Shown here in pieces: positions 1 to 12,919 of a stretch of 64,000 bases of DNA (positions are counted from its first letter, which is position 1; each line of letters begins with the position of its first letter). Both the position numbers and the translations under genes were made by a program. The DNA is from Paraspadella gotoi (Eukaryota; Animalia; Chaetognatha): positions 22,470,833 through 22,534,832 of the forward strand of contig CM119263.1 in assembly GCA_051294375.1 (NCBI GenBank), given 5' to 3'. The notes under the pieces are model-generated. The model did not search any database and was not told where the DNA came from. It saw only the letters and a list, made by a program, of their open reading frames with translations.

Positions 1-3000
1 AGGCAGCGAAAGAGAACTAAGATAAAAAAATAAGTAAAAAAATTAAATAAAAATAAGGTGCCGTTATTTTTTTGCGTTATTTTCTTACAGAGAAAAAATA
101 TTATTGTTATTTTTTTGATCTAACACCAACAATGAAATGAGAAAGTGCTCTTCTCGATCGGTGAGAGTTTGAAACAAAAGAATGGAATGATAACGACGTT
201 TTCAGACTTTAGATTTAAGTTTAAATTTTGAGTTAATCTTAAATAACCAATGATGCTCATCATTATCTTCGTTAAAATTGCTCTTTTTACAGTTTTTTTT
301 CAGATTCTGGAGTTAATACTAAAACATCAGAGCTCAATGCGACAGACTTGTAAAATGAAAAAAAAGTTACCATTCCGCAATTATCCTAAATTTTTGCAGT
401 AATGTTTTCCCTCTCTCTTTTACTTTTAGCTGTACAACACAGTCACTTCTACATGTTGTAAATGCATGCAAATAAGCATCGTTTGTGTCAGATTGCGTCG
501 TTTTAAATCGTTTAATAATTTTAAACATTTTTTTAAATCGACACGACAAAGAGTATTTCAGGATAAAGAAAGTTTCGTTGGATCAAATATTTGTCTTTGT
601 ATTTCGTCTGCCAACTATACTTGGTCTTATTCTAAATTTACGGTTTTTGTGTGCGATTTTATTTCAAAAATCTCATATCACAAACACACAAGTGTATCTT
701 CACCTAAAATGACAATAATTACAATTTTATCCACCAAGTGTTCGTCCTACTGCATTATTTCAAAGCCATCACATATGCTGAAATGGAGAAAATTTTTGTG
801 AGCATTTTTGTTGTGATCATATGGACATCGTACCTGTAAAACTGTAATTTTGCACAGATACCAGTTTCAATTTAACCCTTCAGTCCCATTTTGTGCTGTT
901 ATGGGGGAGTGATACATTTTTGAAGGCAATTATCATGGTACATGAGTGTCGCCGTTTCCATAAAAAGAAATCGTTAAGGAGGCAAATTTATTGTGCCTTT
1001 AAAAACGTCGGCATATCAAAGTGTTGACAATTAATTCGTGAAAAAAAAATTTAATACTCCTTTAATTCCAATTTAAAATCTCGCAAGATCAGCATAAAGA
1101 ATGGGATGGCATCAGGACAATAATTAAGAGAAACCGTAGTGACCTTTAGTGCGAAATTGTTCTAATGGCTTTCAATATAAAACTAGAGACAATTTCCTTT
1201 TTCTTCGCTTGTTTTCATGGCCTACCCGACGACGACGATTATTTATACATAGTTCTTGACGTAAGAGAAAAGATATGTAAATATTTTTTACAGGATCATA
1301 CCAAAGTTAAAAAAACATTTTTAGAAATATATTTTGTTCACCATAAAATTAAAATTTCTGATATAATCTTTGTAAAAAAAGTACAACAATTGAAATAATG
1401 TAAAAGTTTTAAAGTAAAAAAATGTTAAAATATTTTTTAAATCTGAAGTATGGAGCTGCACAATCTTTTAAAAAACATAAAAGCAACGTATTTTGTAACA
1501 TTAGAACACTGTCGTCGGGTTATTACATCCAGTAGACCGCGCATTTAGCTTTACCTAACCTTTTTCCATGTAGAAACATGATAATCAGTCTATAAGTTAG
1601 GTTTTCAAATTGTTGTAGTGTTAGAAATACCAATTTTCTTTCTCCCAAAAAATTTAAAAAAATACGAACCTTCTAGTTGTCCATTCAGCCTTTAAAAGCT
1701 TCTGCGCTAGAGATTTCTTGTGGCCTTCAAGTATCTACAAACCATTTGCTATACCATAACACATGAGTGCTTTTTGTCAACTCTTTTCATTTTACAACGA
1801 GTAAGGAGTTAATCAAGTTGTTATAGGACAGTCCTGATGTGTTACTGACTTATTTAAACCCAAGTCTTACAACAGTACAGCAATTTGTCTTTGAATATTT
1901 GTAAGTTGTATTCAGAAATGATGTTTTGATACCTGCATGTGCCGTTATTGTAAAACCGTACGGTGGTCTACTTGTCGTTCAGTCTTCCGCACATTATTTT
2001 AGGTAATATTTTCAAACAAACACAAATATGCAATGTTAAATCTTTTAGTTGCCATTATTTTTATTTCCAAAATTTTTTTTTCTTTCATTCGCGAGTTTCC
2101 AAGAATAACGCGCTGTGCTGAGGCGGGAAGAGAGTGATGACAGCCTGTTGATTGGTTTCTTATTAATAACGCTCGCTTCACCGTAGTGCGATTGTAACTC
2201 GATTCGTAATCATTTATTATAACTAAATCACAAGCAAGCTTTTATTTTTTTATCTTTTTTTATACGCCCCTGTCAACAAAACGCCTTTTTGACAAATTGT
2301 TTCATATCATCGGCAAAAAAGTCATCGCGATTAAAACCACAAAGCGCTTTTTTCCGAACGCCATTTGTCTCTTTGCCTTTTCGATTAAGCGCACGCGTTT
2401 TTCGAAATGTTTTTGCTTCTCCCCTACCGCCCCCCTCCATCCCAGGCCGCACTTTTCCTTGCCCGACATTTTCTTGCCCGTTCTCTTTGTACCTCCCTAT
2501 TTTTATAAAGTAAAGAACAAAACAATTGACTGACACGACACGCAAAGAACTTGACATTAGACAAATAAATGACAATCATGTATCTGGACACTAAAATTAG
2601 ACAACAGAACTAAATGAACAAAAAACTACAAAACTGAATAACAATTAAAGAAGTAGACACTGCCAACAAATGTTTGATTCCGCGCTGACGGAGTCTAAGT
2701 GCCTTCCATGACTTTCCTCGAGACCCGCGGAACAGACTCGACCCTCGCATCGAGAAATTATATGCCTACTTTCTCTCAATCTTTTTTTTTTTCAAAGGCC
2801 GCCGCTGCAATTTTTGAGATTTTTCACTTTTAATTTAATCATTGCGTTGATTTTTCATCGAAATGACGTAGTTTAAAAAATGAACGAAGTCTATTTGTTA
2901 CAAAATATTAATTTTAGATTATTTGTTCGTATGTTTTTTTAACGAGTCAACTTTTAAAGTACAATTGTTAATGAAATGTGCGTTCGATATTCGCGCGCAC

Positions 3001-4090
3001 GTGAATTCCGTAAGCATTTTTCGCACGTGTGCATGCATGCGGTCAGTCTTCCTCATTATTTTTTTTCCGCTTTCCAATCAACAGACTGTTGTACTAAATC
3101 AGTCAAAACGAAAAGCTTTTTTTGATTTTACGAGAAAGAGAAGCTGAAAAAATCGTGAATATATTAAACAATTTTACAAATTAGTTTTTAATAAAAAAAA
3201 ATGTATAAAAAAGGGAAGACTCTCGACTTCGGGTTCGAGGTAGTCGACAAACAGACGCCAGTCCTCAGCGATTAAATTATTGTTGCCAAATGTCTAAAGC
3301 CTTTGTTCGTATTGCAAAACCCGGACGACTCTTAAAATAATTTTTGTTTAAAAAAAAAAAGCCTTTGTTTACTTTTTACACCGAACCAAAATAACCTATG
3401 CACCGAATCAAGTTCAGTGGCAGCTCTCTTTAATAATTAAAAAAAAAAAATTTTGATATCCGAAGCGGCTTTGATCGGTCACGATGTACGAAATAAAAAA
3501 AAATTCAAACTATACAACTCATTTTACGATTATGATTTTTATTTTGTTCTTTTTTATTTTTATTTTTCAAATGTGCGGATGACAATCGGCGTCGGTAACC
3601 ATCGCGACAGGAGCGAAGGAGCAAATGAGGGCAAAACATTAAAAAAAAAACTTGTTTTTTTGTTTACCTCCTTGAAAGACTTTTCGATTGCCTTAAGTTC
3701 TCGACTCTGCACCAATTTCACCTAATGTATCGGCCTTTTCGAGGATGTGCCCATTTTAGCTTCTTTTTTTTTTCTCCAAAATGCCAGCACAATGTAAAGA
3801 AAATAAGTTTGTGATCGTGATCTTTTTTTAAAAAGAGCGTCGAAAAATAACAAAAAAAGCTTAACAAAAAAAAAAAAAATAAAAACTTAGATGCGGATGA
3901 ACATCCTTTTTATTTCTTTGAATACCTCCATTTGGCCTCATTAGCTCCAATGGCTCACCTATGTTCCTTCCATAGAACCTTGCAAGCGAATTCCCTCAAG
4001 TGCTCCTCCATTAAATAGCTCTTGTATTATTATTATTACTACTATTAATACAGTATTAATCTCCTTCCAAATGCTTTTTTGATTTAGTCT

Positions 4091-4223
4091 ATCTATGTAA
4101 AATGAGCAAGTGATGGAGTGATAGGGATATAGCCGGATATAGCCTGCCTAAAGTCAGGGAACAAGATAGCTTAGTTATTGATATTGAATCAATGGATATT
4201 TTTTATATTTCTTGTACCAATTT
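4091..4223 (+). repeat. Diverged older copy of the same repeat family
   Basis: Shares AGTGATGGAG, AGCCTG..AAAGTCAGGG..CAAGATAGCTTA and ATGGATA..TTTTATATT..TTGTACCAATTT. Confidence 0.5.
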
Positions 4224-4285
4224 TAGGGACCGGAAGTATTTGCCGAAATTTTTATTCTTTTTCTGCCAAAAAAAACAGTATCAAG

Positions 4286-4415
4286 AAACAAGTTTGAGCA
4301 AACAATGCCGAATCTGTCCACGATAATTAGCTGTAATTAAGTAATTAGTAACAAGATTAATTAATTACCCATTAATTAATTAATTAAATGATTAATTGTT
4401 TGCACAAACTTGTTT
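4286..4415. mobile_element. MITE/HINE-like element end with 21-bp inverted repeats
   Basis: AAACAAGTTTGAGCAAACAAT (4286-4306) and ATTGTTTGCACAAACTTGTTT (4395-4415) pair with one mismatch. The left arm and following ~30 nt recur from 51890. Confidence 0.5.
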
Positions 4416-5291
4416 GTTTTTAGGTCTGTTCGTCAGGTCACTGAGCATGACAAAAGCAACGACGACTATGATGGCGACGATGACGACATAACATCGACGA
4501 TGATTAATTGAATGATTGATTAATTAATTAATTATTTAATTAAAATATTATTTAATGAATTATTTTATTGATTGATAAATCAATTAATTGATAAATCAAT
4601 TTATTGTTTAATTGATTGATTGATTAATTGATTGATTGATAAATTAATTGATTGATTAAATAATTAATTAGTTAATTGGTTGATTAATTGATTAATTAAT
4701 TGATTAAGTCGATATTTAAAAAAAAAATTCATTTAGTCAATTAATTTGAATAATCAATTAAAATTGATTTAAGAGTATAAAATTTGTGTATTCTTTTTCT
4801 TAATATGTTGAGAATCTATATGTGTTTCCTGGAATCTGGTATATCCGATTGTTAAGTAGATTTGTCTCATATTTTTATTTATCATTTTATTAAATATTTC
4901 TGCATTGGTAAAATACTTTTTCCTACTTTTACCATGAAAATATAGACACAATTCTTGGGAACATTTACTGAAATTTTTATTCGATATTATCTTTTCATTT
5001 CGTTGTTTGAGATTTAACAAAAATTGGTTTTTAATGCAACCATGATATTATATATATAAAAAATTGTAGTTGCATCAAAAACAATTTTTTGTTAAATCTG
5101 AAATTTTTAAAAAAATTAATGAAGTGGTTATGCCATGGCACTATGTTAAAAAGAGAATATAAAATTTTTTTACCGGTTCCTACCTAATAATATATACACA
5201 AAAATAAAGAAATATAAACTTGAAACAAATAAACTATAAATTGAAACATTATACCACTTCATTGATATTGAAGCCAGGTACTCTTGAAGTG

Positions 5292-5454
5292 AATAAACGA
5301 GACTGTGAGAGAGTCTTGATTAAAAGCTTGCAGGGACCTGCTATGTCATTATCTTGTAAGAGTGATGGAGGCCTTAAACCACCAAAGTCAGGGGCAAGAT
5401 AGCTTATTTATTAAATTAATGGATAATTTTTATATTGGTTGTACCAATTTCATA
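5292..5454 (+). mobile_element. Copy of the same 3'-anchored interspersed repeat
   Basis: Aligns with 56255-56429 and ends GTACCAATTTCATA followed by a TA-rich tail. Confidence 0.65.
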
Positions 5455-7211
5455 TACATATATATAATGACAATATTGACAATTATTGTGTGTATATATA
5501 ATTATTATATATTTCAAGTGCTACTTTTTTCGCGACCCATTTTCTTTTTAAACACATTAGAGGTCGGTACTGATACTATTGAAAGACTGCCTTAAATCAG
5601 AAAACAAAGGCTCATTTCGTACGAACCGATTCATTCGTACGTTGTCGGGTTTTTATTAAATATTAGTTAAAAACAGAATTACTCTCTTATTTGAGAAAAT
5701 TAGAACCTTTGACTTTCCAATCCTGTCATCTTAGTAAAATACATAAGAGACAGATTTTAATTAATATGATCAGATCTAATTGCTGCAAAAGTTTTGACAA
5801 ATTGGAAACCCGCCGCTATGAAAAATTCACCACACGAAAAAGCGTAAAGATTTTAACATTTTTAAAAAAGATCTACAAGGACAAGACACATACTTTTTCT
5901 CTGTTTAAATTTTTTGATAATTGATTTAGTTTTGAGTCCGTAATTAGCGAAAAAAAATGAGGAGCAAATTCGAGCTTTTCAATCTAAAATAAAAGGAAAT
6001 TCGTCTCCTGGAATTCATAGCTAATTTGTGAAAATATGGGCATCGAAAGAAATATTACAGGCAATACCAATTATTCAATATTATTGTTATTTTTTTAAAG
6101 ATTTTTCTATAAATCGTCCAGAAAGTGAGACAAAATTTTTTTATTCAAAAACATTAGGCTATCGAGCAAGGATATCATTTCCTGGGCTATCTATTACCTC
6201 TTCCTGTTAAAGTAGAAGTTAACCGAAAGAAATGATATCTATACATAAAAAATGAGTATGTCTTGTCTTTAAGTATCTCTTCTCAAAATGTTAAAATCTC
6301 TTCACGTTTTCGTTTGGTAAATTTTTTTTAGCGGCGGAATTCAAATGGTTTTTTTTGTTTAGTCAATCTCTGGATGTAATCATCTGTTGATAAACTGTGT
6401 TTAATAATAGTATCTTTAATAACTAGTGAAAACTAGAAACTCTACGCTCCTGTAGATTTATACATTCAATACTACATTTAATATAGATTGATACATGGGA
6501 ATTATTTTAAAAGTTCAATTCGTCGCCTCCACCTTCCGTTAGTAAATTTGATTTCTTCTCAATCTTTAGTCAATATGTCTTGGAACTAGTTAACTTGTCG
6601 CCTCATTTCGCAACAAACTGATTCTCTGCCAGTCGACTATTTGTATTCGTCTCCGTCTCATTCTTTCTTTTCCTTTCTAAATCCAAGACGCCAATGGTCG
6701 CGCCTTTCCCGACTAAAAACCATAAACAAAGACAAGGCTCGACAAATATATCGCATCTATTTTTCCGGAATGAGGAAAATCGCGACGGCGGCGGCGGCGG
6801 CGGCTGCCGTTGCCTTTGGCGGCGGCGGCGGTGGCAGAGGCGAACAGCGAAAACGAAAAATGCAAATGAAGAGTACATGTAAATTATGCGAGCGACGAAC
6901 GAGAATAAGAAAAAAAAATAATGTTTTTTTAATCACTAATTAATCGACGCGTCACGTGAAACGAGTTTTTTTTTAGTCTTTCTCTTTGACGATTCGTTTA
7001 ACAAAACGTTTTCACGAATTTTCAGCTTCGGCTTCAAGCGAGACGGAAGTTATCTGTCACCGCCTCACGGAAACCGTTCGTCCGTAGAACCGATGAGTTC
7101 AAGCGCGTTACGCGGTTCCAACATAGGAATCTTTCTTGGATCGACTCCAGCTCAAAGTTTGTTTATTTTTCGTCGGGCAGTGACGTCCGCGGGAAAATTC
7201 AAATCAGCCGT

Positions 7212-7500
7212 TCAGTTGCTGGAGTTGTCCGGCAGCGGCTTCAGCGGACTGTTCGCCAGAAAACCGTTTCCGCCGGCGGCGTCGCTGCCGCGTCGACCGC
7301 CGCACCGCAGCGCCGGCTTTGTGCAGCGATCCCAGTAGAGCAGCTTCTTGAAGGCGTGGCGAAAGTCCCGGTTGAAGTAGGCGTAGATGATGGGGTTGAG
7401 GGCAGAGTTGAGGTAACCGATCCAAAAGAAGAAGTCGATCAACCAAGTCAGGTGGGGAGGGATCATGTCCCCGGAGAAGATAACGAAGTCGAGGGTGTAC
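7212..7500 (-). CDS. GPCR coding exon 6: ECL3, TM7, helix 8, C-tail, stop
   Basis: Acceptor ccgctag, [54 protein letters not shown]...PDNSSN-TGA. Minus-strand AATAAA at 7167-7162. Confidence 0.93.
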
Positions 7501-9094
7501 CTAGCGGGGAGGGGAGAATAGAATGAATAATCAAAGAAGAGAGAGAGGCTGAAAACAAGTTTTAAAAAGTTTGATAAATGTCTAATTTGTATGGGAAAAT
7601 GTATGTATCCACAATTCATTGTTTATGAAGGAGTTTAAAAGTTTATAAGAAAGTAAAGAAAAGAGGTTCAGTGCGTGAATACATAAAGCACGGAATCCTC
7701 ACCACGTGAAGAAAGGAAGCCAACAGAGGATGAAGGCCCCCATGATGATCGCGAGAGTCTTGGCCGCTTTTCGTTCGCGTTTCAACTTCCGTTCGATGCG
7801 AGATCCTCGATCGCCCGAGCGGATCGAGTCCGTTCCCGTCCCTTCTGGAGAAAGGGAAATCAAATCAATCAAATTAAATCTTAATAAGCAGACTAATTAA
7901 ATAAAAACCACCAAATACAAACAATCGAATTAAGCTAATCAATAAAATCAATCTAACGCAATTAAGAATAACCAAATGAAACAAATCAAATCAACTAAAT
8001 CAACGAAAACAATACAATTGTGTCTAGCAATCGAATCGGTCCAATCAATCAGTTTTCTCACTCCGGTCTCTTTCGTTGAGTTCCGGCGTCGGAGGAAAAG
8101 AGAGGTCGTTTTGTATCTCCGTCTGGGTTCCGCGGTAAGACCCCGCCGGCTGAACCTCGAGTTGGTTCTGGAGGAAAGAAAAATAGAGTTATTTAATGCA
8201 GAATTACCGCCAAAACAATACATTAAGAACTCGTTATTTAAGTATACGGTAAAATACGGTATACGTATATTATAATATTACGAGTTATAAATAAAATTTT
8301 AAAATGTTACTTCTGTTTTCCCTCTCGACGAATTTTGTTTTTCAGCCGCGAATCTTTCGCTCATAAAGTTTTGGCCACAAACAAAACAGTCGCATCAGTT
8401 CATTCATCTCGTTTCTTATTTTGCTTTTCTCTCCATTCCGTTTTTCTTTCCATCCATTCCGCTTCTTTTCCATTCATAATTATTCTTTTCCATTTCTCTC
8501 CGTTGTTTTGCATTCTCCTTTTTTTTTTTTGCTCATTCAACTCGACGTTTTTGCTGAGATTTCAAAGACTCTTACTTTTTTCTATTTTTCACCCCACGCC
8601 TCTCCTTTGAAGTCATTTCTCTTCTTTCCGCCCACTCTTCCACTTTTCTTTCCGTCCATTCCCTAAACTTTCCGCCCGCTTCTCCTTTTCTTTCCCACGT
8701 TTTTTCCTCTCGAATCTTCGAAGCGAAAAAGTCAACATTTGGAGGTAAATAAGGAAATAAGTAGCAGCGCGTGGGTTTGATTGCAATGGGGGGCGGGGGG
8801 AGGGGCGAGGAAGAGGAAGAGGATTCGGGGGATGAATGGGGGGAGATGAGAGAAATGAAACAACCGGATGATGCAAGATTAGGCGGAAGTGAAGTTAACT
8901 GATCGTGAAATGTAAAAACAAAAGTGAGAGAATGGAAAGAAGGTAAAATGGTAAACACGTTCCGAGTATCGCACTGAATGTTGAAGTTTCTTTTCACGCA
9001 GGTACATCTCCGCCATTATGTTGTGTGAATCAAAAAGACATCGACAAAAACGACGCGACCTTTTCTGTTAGAAAAACACGTCGCGACCTTTTCT

Positions 9095-9163
<69 letters not shown>

Positions 9164-10304
9164 AAAAGGCACAACTCTCTCGGTTCTCTTGTCGTCTCTC
9201 TGCGTCTGACCTTCCATTAGGCATTGAATTCAGATTCGTTACCATCGGATTTATCATTCTCCTCTCAAACTCTCTTTTCTCTTTCCCTTTCTCAATTCTA
9301 TTTTCTTTCTTTCTATCTGCCTTTCTTTTGCACTTTGGTTCCCTCTCAATTAACCCTTCCGCCTCATACGTCAAAATTTTTTTCATAACAAGACAAGAAA
9401 AAACGCAAAAGAATATATAGTGTGGAGGTGGTGGTATATTCACGCCGCCTCGCGTCCATCATCGTTCAGCCAATCCCATTGGCTCAGAGGGAGAACACAC
9501 CATCCCAGGAGTTGTGTTCCATTCATTCAATTCCATCTGCGTTGGCAAAACGAGACCGTCCTAGGGTAACCACTGAGAGTCGGAAGCCCCCAAAGCCAAC
9601 AGTGAGATGCCCCATCCCAATGGGCATCACAGGCAACCCGCCTGTTGCCATAATAGATTCTTTTTTTCGAACCGAAAAACCGTTTTTTTGTATCGTAAAC
9701 CTTACATACTTTTATATTTATTAAATGAATGGATAATTTTTATATTGGTTGTACCAATTTCATACAAAATAATAATAAGAACCGCCTATTAAATTACGGA
9801 AAGATATTGAATTTGAAATCAGATAGAGATGATAGAGATGGAATCGGAATGTTCAGGGTTGTGCCTTCCGTCTCCGGCCCGCGGCTCCGCGAGATTCCAG
9901 TCTGGAAGGCGTGACAGTGAATAAAGATCATCCAAAGGCGTCGAAAGGAGGAAAGGGGGCCAAGGGCCAAGGAGGTGTGGGGGAGAGAGCGTGGCTGTGG
10001 GAATAATTCTTTCACGATTCCCTCCGATACTCACAAAAGTAAAAAGCTAGGCATATTGACAAAAGGCATTGGGCTTGAAAATAAAGTATTGACATTGTGA
10101 AATAGCGATAAGAAGGGGATATTGTGAAATTTTTCCTTCTCGGGAGATGTGAATTTCTTTGGCGCTGAGGCTTGGTGTTTCATGGTTTCTTATTTTTTCT
10201 TCATGTGTATTTCTTTCTTANNNNNNNNNNNNNNNNNNNNNNNNNNNNNNNNNNNNNNNNNNNNNNNNNNNNNNNNNNNNNNNNNNNNNNNNNNNNNNNN
10301 NNNN

Positions 10305-10336
<32 letters not shown>

Positions 10337-12481
10337 TAATTAATCATCCTTCTCCCTCACCCTCAACCGCTTTCTCTCGTCGGCGATGGCCTGCTCCTGC
10401 CGATTGGCCTCCATGAAGACCCGGATGTAAAATGGCGGCTCATGATGATGCAGGGAATCCAGAATGTGATGCAGGAAGAGATGATGGCGAAGATGGGATG
10501 GGCGATGAGGTCGCAGCTCCGGATGTCCGCGTCCAGACGCATCACGTCCTCAGCGCGGCGTGTAGACGTCGCTGAAGATTGGGCCGTAGGCGAGCGCGGC
10601 GGAGAGGACCCAGATGAGGGTCAGGATAGCCGATGACCGTCCGCTTGTTCATGATGTCCTGGTAGTGGAATGGGTGGAGGATGGGCCATGTATCTTTGAG
10701 AGAAGAGGGGATGGGAAGAGAGATTAAGTTGAGGTGAAATCTCGAGCCGCTTTTTTACTAAAGTTATTCAGTTATTTTTTATTAAACAATCAAAAGCAGT
10801 CCCTCGAAGGGGATTCGAACCAGCAACCTAAAGACATCCGAACAATCATTTACCTTTATACAGTCCGCTGTATCTACTGAGCTATCGAGGGGAATGGAAA
10901 TTGCGTTAATACTGTTTTCATTAGCGCATTTTCTCTTAATAACAAAGTACCATTCTGCCTCATTCGTTTCTTGCGAAACCTTTGACTGGATCTATTAAAC
11001 GGGGCTTCAGTGAGCCTATAATGCTACTTACGAGCTTTAATCTACAATGCTACTTTGTAAGTCGTTTAATCAGAAAGAATTATGGTACAAAGCGCCGTAT
11101 TTGCCTCCGCAATACGCTTTTCCCTATGAGAGATATTTTGGTCGAACTTAGTATTTTCTTGTTCCTCATCGGGGAATCGAAACGTCAGAGTCAAACGTCA
11201 GGTAAGAAACGAGGCGGACAACCGAAACGAGACGAGGAAATGTGGGGACGCGGTGGTGGTGAATTGCAAATGGTTGTGGTCAATGAGTGGGTTGTGGTTT
11301 GTGGGTAGTGAGGGTCTAGTAAAGATCGACGCTATTTTATTAAAACGATGAAAACGCATTAGGCATTAGGCAAGTAATTGTTATAGTCTAAGTACTATAG
11401 TACTATATCAGAACTAACAATAAGTTAATAGTATCGAGACTGAACTCGCCCCCACATTTTCTCAGTTGGTCAAAGGTAAGTTTTAATAATGTGGGTCTCG
11501 GTGGGATCTTGGCTGACCAAGGTCCTCAACGAAAGATAAACAACTGATCGTCTTACTGACGACGACGACGACGACGACGACGACCATTATGACAACGGTA
11601 ACGACGACTCGAGATACCTTGGCGATCACAACCTTGTCCTTGGCGACGATAACAAAATGACAGGAAAGACGAAGACGACGACGAAGAGGGTGACGACAGA
11701 AACGACGACAGAAACGACGACAGAAACGACGACATCCTCTCGACAGAGATTTCAAATCATGAGCGTCTCCTACTTGTTTCCTCCTTTTCTATACAATTGA
11801 GTCAAAGGGGAAATAAAGAGGAAAATAGGAGGGGGAAGGGGGAAGGGGGGTGGGAATAATAGGACAAAATAAGAAGGGCGGGGGGAGGGAGGGAAAGGGT
11901 GAAAATGAATGAAGAAAGAGGGAGGGGTAGGAAAATAATAAGAGAAGGAAAGGTTGAGTGAAATAAAGGGCTTCTGGTTAGAAAATAATAATACGAAAAA
12001 GAAAAAAAAAAACTAAAAGAAGCGAAAAGAAAAGAAGAAAAAACCGAGAAAAGAAAAAAAAGCGATGAGGAAGAGGAGGGGGAAGGAGGAAAAATGAAAG
12101 GAGGAAGAGGAAGAGGAAAAGAAAATTTTCTCCTTTGAAGAACGAGGGGAGAATGTTTACGAGGCAGTTAAGGTTTCTTTTTTTTTCTTCACCATGCCAG
12201 ACCCATGCCTTCGCACCTCTCTTTTCTCGTATGACTCGTCCCTTTTATTTCGCACTCTCATTCCTTTGACTGGATTTTTTTTTTGCATTGATGGTAAAAC
12301 CCCGAGTGGTATATTATTTGCCTTCAAGAATATCTTTAAATTAATATTTTTACATGCTTATTTATTGCACTTAAAATGTTCCTTTTCCGTCTGCCCATTT
12401 AAAGTCCCACTCTTCATTAAGCGCCTCTTAGTATGAAAGCGAATTCTTTCCTTCTCAATGGACAGATCCTTTTTTTAATTT

Positions 12482-12521
<40 letters not shown>

Positions 12522-12696
12522 CGTCTCTCTCTCGCTCCCCAAGTGATTAAAGTGTCATTATTTTCCGCAGGAATTCCCGTTTCGCTAAACCTTACCGGCC
12601 AAGAACAAAGCGACGAGTGCATTACCCTCTTTTTTAGTGCAGGCCTTCCACACGCCCCACTTTTTCACTTCCTCTTTAAAATTTTCCACTCCCAAA

Positions 12697-12738
<42 letters not shown>

Positions 12739-12866
12739 CCCTCTTCTTTCTCCAACCTTCTTTACCGTCTTTCGCCGCCTTCCAAATTAGTCCATCTCGA
12801 ACAGTTCGTAAATTATTAGAGAGCGGAGAGAAAGAGGAGAGAGAGAGAGAGAGAGAGAGAAGGAGA

Positions 12867-12919
<53 letters not shown>

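Noticed and set aside
90-2000. Scattered exon-like snippets on both strands (e.g. minus ILEGHKKSLAQKLLKAEW ~1670-1735; plus DSPDVLLTYLNPSLTTVQQF ~1827-1900) and TTAACCC piggyBac-like words
   Set aside because: No consistent gene model, recognisable domain or matching TIR pair could be built by eye.
9794-10034. GC-rich ORFs in GPCR intron 3 as a possible extra ICL3 exon
   Set aside because: No suitable donor site, and the gene model is already phase-consistent without it.
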